From Candidatus Aphodoplasma sp. (lineage in GTDB: Bacteria > Bacillota > Clostridia > UBA1381 > UMGS1253): a DNA stretch of 64,000 nucleotides. Shown here piece after piece: positions 39,824 to 48,586 of the stretch (position 1 is the first letter of the stretch; each line of letters opens with the position of its first letter). The stretch spans positions 11,409-75,408 of the forward strand of contig JAZNVH010000029.1 in assembly GCA_045592745.1 (NCBI GenBank), in the 5' to 3' direction. The notes under the pieces are model-generated. The model made no database searches. It was given only the letters and a program-made list of their open reading frames with translations, and had not been told where the DNA came from. Made by a program: the position numbers and the translations under genes.

Positions 39824-40090
39824 TTATTCAAAAAGTCCTTTTTCACTAACAGCTTTTACAAACGCTTTCACATCTGCAAGCGCAGTAACTGCGTCAACAT
39901 CATATTTTTCGCAAAGTGCATCTGCAAGCTCCTGCTCAGTAACATCTTTTTCGCAAAGAATTTTCCACAAATGCGCTCCCGAACCGCTAAGCGTCATAAC
40001 TCCCTTGAATTTTATGCTCTCCTCACCAACAGGAATAACAATGTTGCTGTCTGCAACGCTTCTTAATATATAACCACTCTTTATTTTCAT
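39824..40090 (-). CDS. PqqD-family protein (RiPP recognition element-like peptide chaperone)
   Basis: 88 aa. The pattern SGYILRSVADSNIVIPVG...MTLSGSGAHLWKILCEKDVTEQELADALCEKYDVD...ALADVKAFVKAVSEKGL follows the PqqD/RRE winged-helix signature. AGGAGAG RBS. Confidence 0.75.
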   Translation of the reverse strand: MKIKSGYILRSVADSNIVIPVGEESIKFKGVMTLSGSGAHLWKILCEKDVTEQELADALCEKYDVDAVTALADVKAFVKAVSEKGLFE

Positions 40091-40121
40091 ATTACGCACT
40101 CTCCTGCCTTTTTTATAATAA

Positions 40122-40150
40122 AATTATACCTCTACCGGCGTACAATGTCA
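40122..40150 (-). promoter_or_regulatory. Consensus sigma-A promoter of the PqqD-peptidase pair
   Basis: The minus strand reads TTGACA-N17-TATAAT exactly, about 25 nt upstream of the RBS. Confidence 0.55.
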
Positions 40151-40224
40151 AGCAGTGTAAATATTCCACTTTTTGCTTGACATATACAAAAAAGTAGTAT
40201 ATACTATCTTTGTAATTACATATT

Positions 40225-40309
40225 GGGGTGCTTGCAAAAGCAGGCTGAGATTAAACGTGTTTTCGTTTTGACCCATATAACCTGTACGGATAATGCCGGC
40301 GTAGGGAAC
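40225..40309 (+). promoter_or_regulatory. TPP (THI-box) riboswitch aptamer
   Basis: GGGGTGC...GCTGAGA...ACCC...AACCTGTACGGATAATGCCGGCGTAGGGAA matches the THI element consensus. Preceded by TTGACA-N17-TATACT. Confidence 0.9.
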
Positions 40310-40324
40310 ATACAAAGCTTTTTT

Positions 40325-40356
40325 ATCGTTTCCTTGTTGGAAACGATTTTTTTGTT
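40325..40356 (+). terminator. Expression-platform terminator of the TPP riboswitch
   Basis: ATCGTTTCC-TTGTT-GGAAACGAT followed by TTTTTTTG. Confidence 0.75.
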
Positions 40357-40446
40357 TTCAAAACAACAAAGCTTTGTGCTCCTGTTAAACCAAGGGATGT
40401 CGACACCCTATCGGTTTAATACAAAAAACAAAAAGGAGAAATTACT

Positions 40447-41004
40447 ATGACAAAAAAAATTACTACAGGTGCAATTATGATTGCACTGGCGAGTGTGCTC
40501 GCATTTATTTCAAAAATCATACCTGCTCCATGGCTTCAGGGCGGTAGCATAACGTTTGCAAGTATGGTTCCGATTATCGTTGTATCACTTATGTATGATT
40601 TAAAATTTGGTCTTATTTGCTCGTTTGCTTATTCGCTTATTCAAATTATATCGGGATTTTATCCTCCACCGACACAAAATTTTATAAGCTTTGTTTTGGT
40701 GGTGCTGCTTGACTATGTGTTTGCTTTCGGCGTGCTTGGAATTGCGTCTGTTTTTTACAAATTACTTGGCAAAAAATTATGGGCAATCCCCGTCAGCGGC
40801 GCTATTGTAACAATTCTTCGCTACATATGCCACATATTCTCAGGCATTTTAATATGGGGTGTATATGCCGATGAGGGTCAAAGCGTGCTTTCATATTCTC
40901 TTATATACAACGGTACATATATGGTTCCCGAAATTATAATCACAACTGTTGTTTTGGCTCTTCTTTCGGGCTTCATTCAAAAAAATATAAAAAAACAAGC
41001 TTAA
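40447..41004 (+). CDS. thiT: Thiamine transporter ThiT/YuaJ family (ECF S-component-like)
   Basis: 185 aa with 6 TM segments. Lies directly downstream of the TPP riboswitch. Confidence 0.8.
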   Translation: MTKKITTGAIMIALASVLAFISKIIPAPWLQGGSITFASMVPIIVVSLMYDLKFGLICSFAYSLIQIISGFYPPPTQNFISFVLVVLLDYVFAFGVLGIASVFYKLLGKKLWAIPVSGAIVTILRYICHIFSGILIWGVYADEGQSVLSYSLIYNGTYMVPEIIITTVVLALLSGFIQKNIKKQA

Positions 41005-41015
41005 TTCAAGCACTA

Positions 41016-41046
41016 AAAAGGCGGTTCGTTTTGAACCGCCTTTTTT
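41016..41046. terminator. Bidirectional terminator between thiT and pyrD
   Basis: AAAAGGCGGTTC-GTTTT-GAACCGCCTTTT. Confidence 0.75.
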
Positions 41047-41050
41047 ATAT

Positions 41051-41962
41051 TTAGTTTGGTATTACCTTGCCTGTAATTTCCGTAACGCTCGCATAACCGT
41101 TTTTGTCAGCATATTCGCAAAGGCCTTTTGAAACCAGGGCAGGAAGCGTCGGATTTTTGAAAAGTCCCGTACCAACCATAACAGCATCTGCACCTGCAAG
41201 CATAAATTCTGCCGCATCATCTGCGCTCATAATACCGCCCATACCGATTATCGGCAAATCAACTGCATTTGCAACCTGCCACACCATCCTTACCGCAACG
41301 GGCATTACACAAGGGCCCGACAGACCACCGACATTATTATTTAAAATCGGACGTTTGGTGTTTATATCAATCTTCATTCCCAAAAGCGTATTTATAAGCG
41401 AAAGTGCATCAGCACCGCCTCTTTGAGCCGCCTTTGCCATCTTGACAATATCCGTAACGTTAGGTGAAAGCTTTACAATAAGAGGTTTTTTTGCTTTTTT
41501 TCTTACCTCACTCGTAATTTTTTCAACCATACCCTCATCTGTTCCAAATGCAACACCGCCCTCTTTGACATTCGGGCATGATATGTTCATTTCAAGCATA
41601 TCTACATCGGTGTCTGAAAGGATTTCTGCCATCTGACAATAATCCTCAATCGTTGAGCCTGCTATATTTGCGATAATTTTTGCACTGTACTTTTTAAGGT
41701 CAGGAAGTTCAAATTTAATAAAGTTTTGTACGCCCGGATTTTGAAGTCCGACGCTGTTTAATATGCCGCCGCTCGTCTGTGCGATACGCGGTGCTTTGTT
41801 TCCTTCACGCTCTTTTAGTGTAAGCCCCTTTACGCTTATAGCACCAAGCTCGTTTAAATCAAAATACTCGCCGTATTCGCGCCCAAAGCCGAACGTTCCC
41901 GATGCGACGCACACGGGATTATTCCACTCTACACCCGCAATATTAACCTTCATATCAGCCAT
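41051..41962 (-). CDS. pyrD: Dihydroorotate dehydrogenase B, catalytic subunit
   Basis: NPVCVASGTFGFG, NISCPNVK and GGLSGP motifs. Overlaps pyrK. Confidence 0.93.
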   Translation of the reverse strand: MADMKVNIAGVEWNNPVCVASGTFGFGREYGEYFDLNELGAISVKGLTLKEREGNKAPRIAQTSGGILNSVGLQNPGVQNFIKFELPDLKKYSAKIIANIAGSTIEDYCQMAEILSDTDVDMLEMNISCPNVKEGGVAFGTDEGMVEKITSEVRKKAKKPLIVKLSPNVTDIVKMAKAAQRGGADALSLINTLLGMKIDINTKRPILNNNVGGLSGPCVMPVAVRMVWQVANAVDLPIIGMGGIMSADDAAEFMLAGADAVMVGTGLFKNPTLPALVSKGLCEYADKNGYASVTEITGKVIPN

Positions 41963-42725
41963 TTAATGTCACCTCGCTACTCCAGAATACAGGGCCGTTT
42001 TTGCACACACGCTTGTGTTTGTGTGTGCCGGTCGACGTTGTTTCACAAGTACATACAAGACACGCACCTATTCCGCATCCCATTCTTTGTTCAAGTGAAA
42101 GCTGGCATTTTACTCCATGGCTTTCAGCCATTGTTTTCACTGCGCGAAGCATTGGCATCGGTCCACACGAATACACAATGTCGCACTCGCCGTCTTTTAA
42201 CATCTTTTCTAAAATATTTACTGCATAGCCGTCATAGCCATAACTGCCGTCATCTGTTGCAACGGTTGTCTTGCCTATTTTTGAAAACTCATCTTCCATA
42301 CAAACGCGGCTTTTATTTCTAAATCCGAGCAAAATAGTCGGATTATCAAGCTTTTTTGAAAGCATATAAAGCGGAAATACACCTATGCCGCCACCTATTA
42401 TAACAGGCTTTTTTGATTCAGGCAAAACAGAAAAACCATTTCCGAGAGGACCTAATATATCAAGCGTATCACCTACCTTTTTCTTTGAAAGATAGTCTGT
42501 ACCGCTACCCTTTTTTTCAAATATAAAGCGAACCTTATCCTCATATGCGTCGCATATACTAATAGGTCTGCGCAACAGGTTGTTTGCAGCATCTCCGCAG
42601 TCTATATGCAAAAACTGTCCCGGCTTTGCCTGTGATGCAATAGCCTCGCTTTTAATTGTAACATCAAATATATCTTGTGCAATTTCATCAAATGACACAA
42701 TTTCACAAATATGTGTAGTTTTCAA
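41955..42725 (-). CDS. pyrK: Dihydroorotate dehydrogenase electron-transfer subunit
   Basis: FAD/NAD-binding fold (RRPISI, IGGGIGVFP) and a C-terminal 2Fe-2S motif CGIGACLVCTC. Confidence 0.9.
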   Translation of the reverse strand: MKTTHICEIVSFDEIAQDIFDVTIKSEAIASQAKPGQFLHIDCGDAANNLLRRPISICDAYEDKVRFIFEKKGSGTDYLSKKKVGDTLDILGPLGNGFSVLPESKKPVIIGGGIGVFPLYMLSKKLDNPTILLGFRNKSRVCMEDEFSKIGKTTVATDDGSYGYDGYAVNILEKMLKDGECDIVYSCGPMPMLRAVKTMAESHGVKCQLSLEQRMGCGIGACLVCTCETTSTGTHKHKRVCKNGPVFWSSEVTLNG

Positions 42726-42777
42726 AACCTCGCCTCCACATCTAAAATTTTATTTAGTATACCACATTTTTTTATTT

Positions 42778-43695
42778 TTATCTGCCGATTGCAGCGTTAA
42801 TTGCTTTTGTCATATTAACCGCTTCATCCTTTGCCGCCTTTGCAAATTCTTTTTCGTTTCCGCTCTTTTTATATGCACACATAATCGCACGTGACGAGTT
42901 AACGATTGCACCAAACCCTTCTTTGTCAAAGCTTACCGCAACATCGTCCGCGCCCGCTCCCTGCGCACCATATCCGGGCACAAGAAAATATGTGTGCTTC
43001 ATCTGCGCGCGAAGCTTCTTTGCCTGTTCGGGATAAGTAGCACCTACAACAGCACCTACTGCGCTGTATCCGTACTCACCTATGTTGTCAGCTCCCCATT
43101 TATCAACAAGCGATGCCATCATTTCATAAACAGTGTTCTCTCCCACCTTCAAATCCTGAATTTCGCCTGAAGACGGGTTTGATGTTTTTACAAGAGCAAA
43201 AATGCCCTTATCATATTTTTTACAATCGTTTACAAAAGGAAGTATACCGTCACTTCCAAGATAAGGATTAACTGTTAGACAGTCTGCCTCGCTCATTGCG
43301 TAGTCTGTGCCTGCTATTGTAGTTTTTCCAAGCCAACCGCTTGAATATGCCTCAGCAGTAGAGCCAATGTCTCCACGTTTTCCGTCAAGGATTACGTACA
43401 TGCCTCGCTCTTTTGCATACGAAACAGTTTTATAAAGTGCGCTCATACCCTCTATACCGTACATTTCATAATAAGCTGCCTGTACCTTTACCGCAGGAAC
43501 AACCTCGCAAAGCTCATCAATAAGCGCCATATTGAACTTTAAAAGTGCCTGTGATGCACCAAGGGCATTTTTTCCAAACTCATCAAAGCACTCTTTTTGT
43601 AAAAATTCCGGCACATAGTCAAGCTTTGGATCAAGTCCTGCAACAACAGGTGAATTCATATCAATTATTTTTTTTATCATTAAATCCATAGACAT
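42778..43695 (-). CDS. pyrF: Orotidine 5'-phosphate decarboxylase (long, type 2)
   Basis: 305 aa with VVAGLDPKLDYVP and ILDGKRGDIGSTA motifs. Lies in the pyr operon. Confidence 0.9.
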   Translation of the reverse strand: MSMDLMIKKIIDMNSPVVAGLDPKLDYVPEFLQKECFDEFGKNALGASQALLKFNMALIDELCEVVPAVKVQAAYYEMYGIEGMSALYKTVSYAKERGMYVILDGKRGDIGSTAEAYSSGWLGKTTIAGTDYAMSEADCLTVNPYLGSDGILPFVNDCKKYDKGIFALVKTSNPSSGEIQDLKVGENTVYEMMASLVDKWGADNIGEYGYSAVGAVVGATYPEQAKKLRAQMKHTYFLVPGYGAQGAGADDVAVSFDKEGFGAIVNSSRAIMCAYKKSGNEKEFAKAAKDEAVNMTKAINAAIGR

Positions 43696-43743
43696 AATAT
43701 AATTCCTCTTTTCTCAATTATAATTTTTATGTTTGTTAAAATA

Positions 43744-45033
43744 TTATAGTAATATGCCGTTGTCTACAACAACGTTTCCGCCTACGATAGTGTATTTCAC
43801 CTTACCGAAAAGCTCAAAACCGTCATAAGGCGAATTTTTGCCCTTTGATTTAAAGCTTTCTACATCAACAACAATCTTCTCATCAGGGTCAAAAATCACT
43901 ATATCCGCGCATTTGCCTGCCGCAATGCTGCCCTTGTTAAGACCAAGTATCTTTGCAGGATTTACACACATTTTTTCCAAAAGCTCACTCATTGTAAGCA
44001 TACCCGCCTTTACCAGATAAGTAATACTAAGCGGAAGTGATGTTTCAAGTCCTACAATACCATTTGACGCCATTGCAAATTCACAGTTTTTCTCATCGAT
44101 GTGATGCGGAGCATGGTCGGTTGCAATCGCATCTATTGTGCCATCACGAAGACCTTTTATAATTGCCTCTACATCCTCATGGCTTCTAAGCGGAGGATTC
44201 ATTTTTGCATTTGTATTAAATCCTTCAATCGCAGCATCGGTAAGTGTAAAGTAGTGAGGACAGGTTTCACACGTTACCTTTGCGCCACGCTTTTTCGCAT
44301 TGCGTATAATTTCTACGCTTCGTTTTGTGCTTATGTGTGCTATATGAACACGTGTGCCCTCATTTTCAGCGATTAAAACGTCACGCGCCACCATAACCTC
44401 TTCAGCCGCAGGTGAAATCGGACGAAGTCCAAGGCTTGTCGCCATAAATCCATCATTTGCGCTGCCGTCATCTACAAGGTTTAAATCCTCACAGTGCGAT
44501 ATTACGGGCATATCAAATGTGTTTGCATACTGGAGCGCTCTTTTCATTAAAAGTGCGTTTTCAACAGGACGTCCGTCGTCAGAAATCGCAACAGCGCCTG
44601 CATATTTAAGCTCGCCTATTGGCGCAAGTTCCTCGCCTTTTTGTCCTTTTGAGATACATCCAATAGGAAATACATTAACCTTGCCTACCGATTTTGCCCG
44701 AGAAATTACAAACTCTATCAAAGCTGCATTGTCAAGTGTCGGATTTGTATTAGGCATACACGCAACCGATGTAAAACCGCCCATTGCCGCAGCGCTTGTG
44801 CCACTTTCGATATCTTCTTTATACTCAAATCCCGGCTCGCGAAGGTGTACGTGCATATCAACAAGTCCGGGCGCAACAACGCAGCCTGCTGCATCAATTA
44901 TCTTGTCAGCGCCCGCTATATCAAGATTTTCACCCACTTTTTCGATAACGCCGTCATTTATAAAAATATCCGAAACTTTATCGAAGCTGTTTGCAGGGTC
45001 AATTACCCTTCCGCCTTTAACCAATATTTTCAT
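43744..45033 (-). CDS. pyrC: Dihydroorotase
   Basis: GLVDMHVHLREPG, ATDHAPH. The start was chosen at MKILVKGG after AAGGGTGA. Overlaps the pyrB 3' end. Confidence 0.93.
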   Translation of the reverse strand: MKILVKGGRVIDPANSFDKVSDIFINDGVIEKVGENLDIAGADKIIDAAGCVVAPGLVDMHVHLREPGFEYKEDIESGTSAAAMGGFTSVACMPNTNPTLDNAALIEFVISRAKSVGKVNVFPIGCISKGQKGEELAPIGELKYAGAVAISDDGRPVENALLMKRALQYANTFDMPVISHCEDLNLVDDGSANDGFMATSLGLRPISPAAEEVMVARDVLIAENEGTRVHIAHISTKRSVEIIRNAKKRGAKVTCETCPHYFTLTDAAIEGFNTNAKMNPPLRSHEDVEAIIKGLRDGTIDAIATDHAPHHIDEKNCEFAMASNGIVGLETSLPLSITYLVKAGMLTMSELLEKMCVNPAKILGLNKGSIAAGKCADIVIFDPDEKIVVDVESFKSKGKNSPYDGFELFGKVKYTIVGGNVVVDNGILL

Positions 45034-45958
45034 TACCATCACCCTTTCTTGCGAAGATATATAACACAGCCATACGAACAGCAACACCGTTTGTTACCTG
45101 CTCATCAATAACAGAGCTTTTTCCGTCAATTATGCTTGTTGTAAGCTCGATGCCTCTGTTAACCGGACCCGGATGCATCAAAAGTGCATCAGGCTTTGCG
45201 AGTGCAAGCCTCTTATCATCTACACCAAAAAATCTTGAATACTCACGCATATTCGGTACAAGACCGCTTCTTTGGCGCTCAAGCTGCATACGAAGTCCCA
45301 TTACAACATCTGCATCAGCGATTGCCGCATCGACATTGTCATAAACCTCGATGCCAAGATTCTCAATGCCCTTTGGAAGAAGAGTTGCAGGCCCGCCAAT
45401 AGCAACGCGTGCGCCAAGCTTTGTAAGAAGGTATATATTACTTCTTACAACTCTGCTGTGCATAATATCTCCTACAATTGCCACCTTAAGTCCTTCAAAG
45501 CCGCCCTTATGTTCAAGTATTGTAAACGCATCCAAAAGTGCCTGTGTAGGATGCTCATTCATTCCGTCACCCGCATTAATAACAGATGCTTTCACATTCT
45601 TGGCGATAAGATGCGGTGCTCCGCTCATAGAGTGGCGAAGAATGATTATATCCGTACCCATCGCATCAATTGTGCGCGCCGTATCAATTAGCGTTTCGCC
45701 TTTTCGAACGCTCGAACTGCTCGCCGATACATTGGCAGCACATCCGCCCATATATTTTGCCGCAAGCTCAAACGAAAGACGTGTACGCGTCGAATTTTCA
45801 TAAAATAATGTTATTATTGATTTTCCCTGCAAATGCGGAGTCTTTTTATTATTTTGCATCAGAATATATTTCATAGTCTGTGCATTTTTCAAAATGTACA
45901 TTATTTCCTCGGCGCTAAGGTCTTTTATGCCGAGCAAATCCTTATGTTTTCCAAGCAT
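45017..45958 (-). CDS. pyrB: Aspartate carbamoyltransferase catalytic subunit
   Basis: FYENSTRTRLSFE, HPTQALLD and HPGPVNRG motifs. The start was chosen at MLGKHKDLL. Confidence 0.95.
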   Translation of the reverse strand: MLGKHKDLLGIKDLSAEEIMYILKNAQTMKYILMQNNKKTPHLQGKSIITLFYENSTRTRLSFELAAKYMGGCAANVSASSSSVRKGETLIDTARTIDAMGTDIIILRHSMSGAPHLIAKNVKASVINAGDGMNEHPTQALLDAFTILEHKGGFEGLKVAIVGDIMHSRVVRSNIYLLTKLGARVAIGGPATLLPKGIENLGIEVYDNVDAAIADADVVMGLRMQLERQRSGLVPNMREYSRFFGVDDKRLALAKPDALLMHPGPVNRGIELTTSIIDGKSSVIDEQVTNGVAVRMAVLYIFARKGDGNENIG

Positions 45959-45983
45959 TATACAATCCCCTTTATCGTTTTTT

Positions 45984-46535
45984 TTATTTTGTCTTATCTG
46001 TAATATATACTCTGTTATCTGAGTCAATCTCTTCTACGCAAACATGAACAACCTCATCTTTTGACGTAGGTACGTTTTTGCCGACATAGTCTGCTCGTAT
46101 AGGAAGCTCTCTGTGACCGCGATCGATGAGAACACCAAGCTGTATTGACGAAGGTCTTCCCATATCCATAAGCGCATCAATTGCCGCTCTTACAGTGCGT
46201 CCCGTATACAGTACATCATCGATTACTACAATTTTTTTATTGTTAATTGAAAAGCCGACATCACTTCCGTTTATCTGTGGATGCTCTGAAAGCATACTCA
46301 AATCGTCACGGTATAATGTGATATCAAGAATACCAATATCAACACTTTTTCCTTCAACCTCGCCGATTATCTTAGCAATCTTTTTTGCAAGCACAACACC
46401 GCGTCTTTGAATTCCAACAAGGTGCACGCCTTCCATACCCTGATTTTTTTCGATAATTTCGTGAGCAATTCGCACAAGCGCACGATTAATCGCCGCCTCG
46501 TCCATAATCTGTGCCTTTATAACCATATCAGCCAT
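45984..46535 (-). CDS. pyrR: Bifunctional pyrimidine operon regulator / uracil phosphoribosyltransferase PyrR
   Basis: LVGIQRRGV and the PRPP motif [16 protein letters not shown]. The start was chosen at MADMVIKAQ after GGAGG. Confidence 0.93.
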   Translation of the reverse strand: MADMVIKAQIMDEAAINRALVRIAHEIIEKNQGMEGVHLVGIQRRGVVLAKKIAKIIGEVEGKSVDIGILDITLYRDDLSMLSEHPQINGSDVGFSINNKKIVVIDDVLYTGRTVRAAIDALMDMGRPSSIQLGVLIDRGHRELPIRADYVGKNVPTSKDEVVHVCVEEIDSDNRVYITDKTK

Positions 46536-46562
46536 ATAATCGCCTCCATTATAATTTTTTGT

Positions 46563-46602
46563 AAAACAAAAAAGCTTTCTGCCCATAAAATCGGCAAAAA
46601 GC
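46563..46602 (-). terminator. Attenuator terminator of the pyr leader
   Basis: Minus strand: GCTTTTTGCC-loop-GGGCAGAAAGC followed by TTTTTTG. It lies about 30 nt upstream of the pyrR RBS. Confidence 0.65.
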
Positions 46603-46654
46603 ATATAAAAGCAAAATATATTCAAGCAAACAAATGCCCCTCGGCTTAAATATA

Positions 46655-46695
46655 AGTGCCTTATCAGTCTCTCTGTACCGATTTAAAGGCTGTTA
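46655..46695 (-). promoter_or_regulatory. PyrR binding loop (anti-antiterminator) of the pyr leader
   Basis: The minus strand reads CGGTACAGAGAGACTGATAAGGC, close to the Bacillus PyrR box ARUCCAGAGAGGYU. It sits upstream of the attenuator terminator. Confidence 0.55.
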
Positions 46696-46862
46696 ATACG
46701 AAGGAAATCTTTCCATTTATTTGATTATATCAAATAAAATATCATTTGTCTACTGTTTTTATAAGTATTTCTGTTTTTCACAGATGTAAACTTTACAAAA
46801 TTTTTAAAAAATTTTCATTTTAAGTATTGCTTTTTTTCAAGTTTTGATTGGGATGTGAGATT

Positions 46863-48104
46863 ATGAGTAACGAAAACTATTGGTTAACTTCATTTGATAC
46901 TACGTTCCCACTGGACAAAAATTCTAAAAAGAGCTATAATGGAATAAACACAGTGCAGAAAAATGTTTTTGATAACGCATTTGCAAATTCTGCTCTCGAT
47001 TACCTTTACTCTAATGATAATCTTGGCAAAACGCAGAGTTTTTTAGAAAACAACGGATTCCCGTCCATCGAAGAGCGTCAGTATAACAAGCAATCTTACG
47101 GCGCAGCAGATGAGAATAGGCAAATGCTTGATTTATTCCAAAGCAAATCAAACAGCATATTAAATCCAAAGCTCTCTGATGATACTGACCGCGCATTTTT
47201 GAGCGGACTAATGGGCGAAGAAGAGGAAAAAGCTTATCATCAAAGTCAAATAGCAGATGCAAACAACGCAATAAAACAGTGGCAAAGCGCTTTTAGCGGT
47301 TCACCACTTGAGAATCAATTAAACGGAGCTGCTGATTCAGCTATGCAAAAGATAAATACTGTGCAAAATACAAAATCTAACTTTTTTAATGCTAAAAATG
47401 AGGTTAGACCTGTTACTATTCTCGACCCAAATACAGGATATGATATAGCGCAATACTCTAACAACAATAAGATTAAAGAAAATGCTAAAATGAATAATAA
47501 ATCTGTATGGAATGTGCGCAGAGCAAGTAATATCATTGAAAAAAACGCTAATTCAATAAAGATAGCTGCAAATAAATACGGAGTAAATCCAGCAATTATT
47601 GCTGCATGTATTTATTCTGAACAAATGCTAAATTATAATGTTACAGACCTAGTACGAGATAAAATGTACTGGGATAATCCTTCTGTCGGAATAGGTCAAG
47701 TAACTATTGAAACTGCTCAAACAATTGAAAGAAATACCAATATTGACAAAATAAAGTATTTGGGTAAAAAACAAGATTGGCATGGAAATAATTATGTAGA
47801 AAAGGATGCATGGTACATACCTGGATATGGAACATTTTTTGGCACAAAAGAACAAGCCATTTCAAAAAGGTTAAATGATGACGAGCAATGCGTTGAATAT
47901 GTTGCAGCTTATCTAAAATTAATACAAGATTTATGGCGCGAGAAATATCCAATAATTGACGGCAAAACAGATATTTTGGCGACGTTGTATAATGTTGGAG
48001 AATATGGTTCGAAAGGAATAAATTCCGATCCAAAACCTAATCCTTTTGGTATTTTTGCAAAAAAGAATTATCATTATATGCGATATTTATTAGGCTTAGA
48101 ATAG
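46863..48104 (+). CDS. Protein with a C-terminal lytic-transglycosylase (SLT/lysozyme-like) domain and an unrecognised Asn/Ser/Gln-rich N-terminal half; no signal peptide
   Basis: C-terminal motifs in SLT order: NPAIIAACIYSEQ (ES-type catalytic Glu), SVGIGQV (GLMQ equivalent), ATLYNVGEYG (AYNAG equivalent). The N-terminus MSNENYWLTSFD is not hydrophobic. Confidence 0.6.
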   Translation: MSNENYWLTSFDTTFPLDKNSKKSYNGINTVQKNVFDNAFANSALDYLYSNDNLGKTQSFLENNGFPSIEERQYNKQSYGAADENRQMLDLFQSKSNSILNPKLSDDTDRAFLSGLMGEEEEKAYHQSQIADANNAIKQWQSAFSGSPLENQLNGAADSAMQKINTVQNTKSNFFNAKNEVRPVTILDPNTGYDIAQYSNNNKIKENAKMNNKSVWNVRRASNIIEKNANSIKIAANKYGVNPAIIAACIYSEQMLNYNVTDLVRDKMYWDNPSVGIGQVTIETAQTIERNTNIDKIKYLGKKQDWHGNNYVEKDAWYIPGYGTFFGTKEQAISKRLNDDEQCVEYVAAYLKLIQDLWREKYPIIDGKTDILATLYNVGEYGSKGINSDPKPNPFGIFAKKNYHYMRYLLGLE

Positions 48105-48115
48105 GAGTTATTAAA

Positions 48116-48478
48116 ATGAAAAAATTCTTAATATTTATACTCATTATATCTTTGATTATTTTCGTTTTTTGGGGCATTCCTATGCTAAAATGCGAATACC
48201 TTACCGCGAGGTATGGTAACGAATTTGACCTTGGTCAAGTGCCTAAAGAAAACTCTATGCTTGGCAAAGTAGAATGGTTTAAAATCCTATCGTATAATGA
48301 TGATATTGCGCAAATTTATTATATTGACGAAGATTTTTCAACAGGAAACATATTAACCTTTAAAAAAGTTTTTGGCAAATGGAAATATGATAGCTGGGAC
48401 ACTCTTTGGTCTGCCCGTGGCGGAAATGCAGACGAAAATATCTGGCCATATTTCTGGCATAGCTCAAAATACCGATAA
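48116..48478 (+). CDS. Small membrane-anchored protein of unknown function
   Basis: 120 aa. N-terminal TM anchor FLIFILIISLIIFVFWGI followed by a Trp/Tyr-rich globular part. Begins 11 nt after the previous stop. Confidence 0.6.
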   Translation: MKKFLIFILIISLIIFVFWGIPMLKCEYLTARYGNEFDLGQVPKENSMLGKVEWFKILSYNDDIAQIYYIDEDFSTGNILTFKKVFGKWKYDSWDTLWSARGGNADENIWPYFWHSSKYR

Positions 48479-48492
48479 GTACATCTACAACA

Positions 48493-48543
48493 ACGTTCGT
48501 TTTGCTTGAATTTATCGTCTGTGGTTTTTTAGTGCAGACGGTA
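48493..48543 (+). repeat. Copy A of a 51-nt post-ORF element (22-nt conserved box plus 10-bp hairpin)
   Basis: ACGTTCGTTTTGCTTGAATTTA, then stem TATCGTCTGT/GCAGACGGTA. Starts 14 nt after the stop codon of the 120-aa gene. Confidence 0.75.
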
Positions 48544-48586
48544 CTGTCCCTTGGTATTGATATGGCTAAACAAGGAAGGTGATAAG

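Noticed and set aside
44354-45064. Long antisense ORFs opposite strongly conserved genes (236 aa opposite pyrC; also 23372-24130 opposite alaS, 11493-12191 opposite pflB, 13641-14084, 6143-6673, 59812-60422 and others)
   Set aside because: They are Ser/Ile/Cys-rich low-complexity translations with no RBS, and each is fully contained in a well-supported gene on the other strand. These are typical shadow ORFs.
46611-46640. TTTGCTTGAAT on the minus strand in the pyr leader matches 11 nt of the islet's 22-mer box, a possible inverted-repeat boundary of the islet
   Set aside because: Only 11 to 13 nt are shared. The match lies inside the functional pyr attenuator between the PyrR box and the terminator. 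That is too short to distinguish from chance without a genome-wide count.
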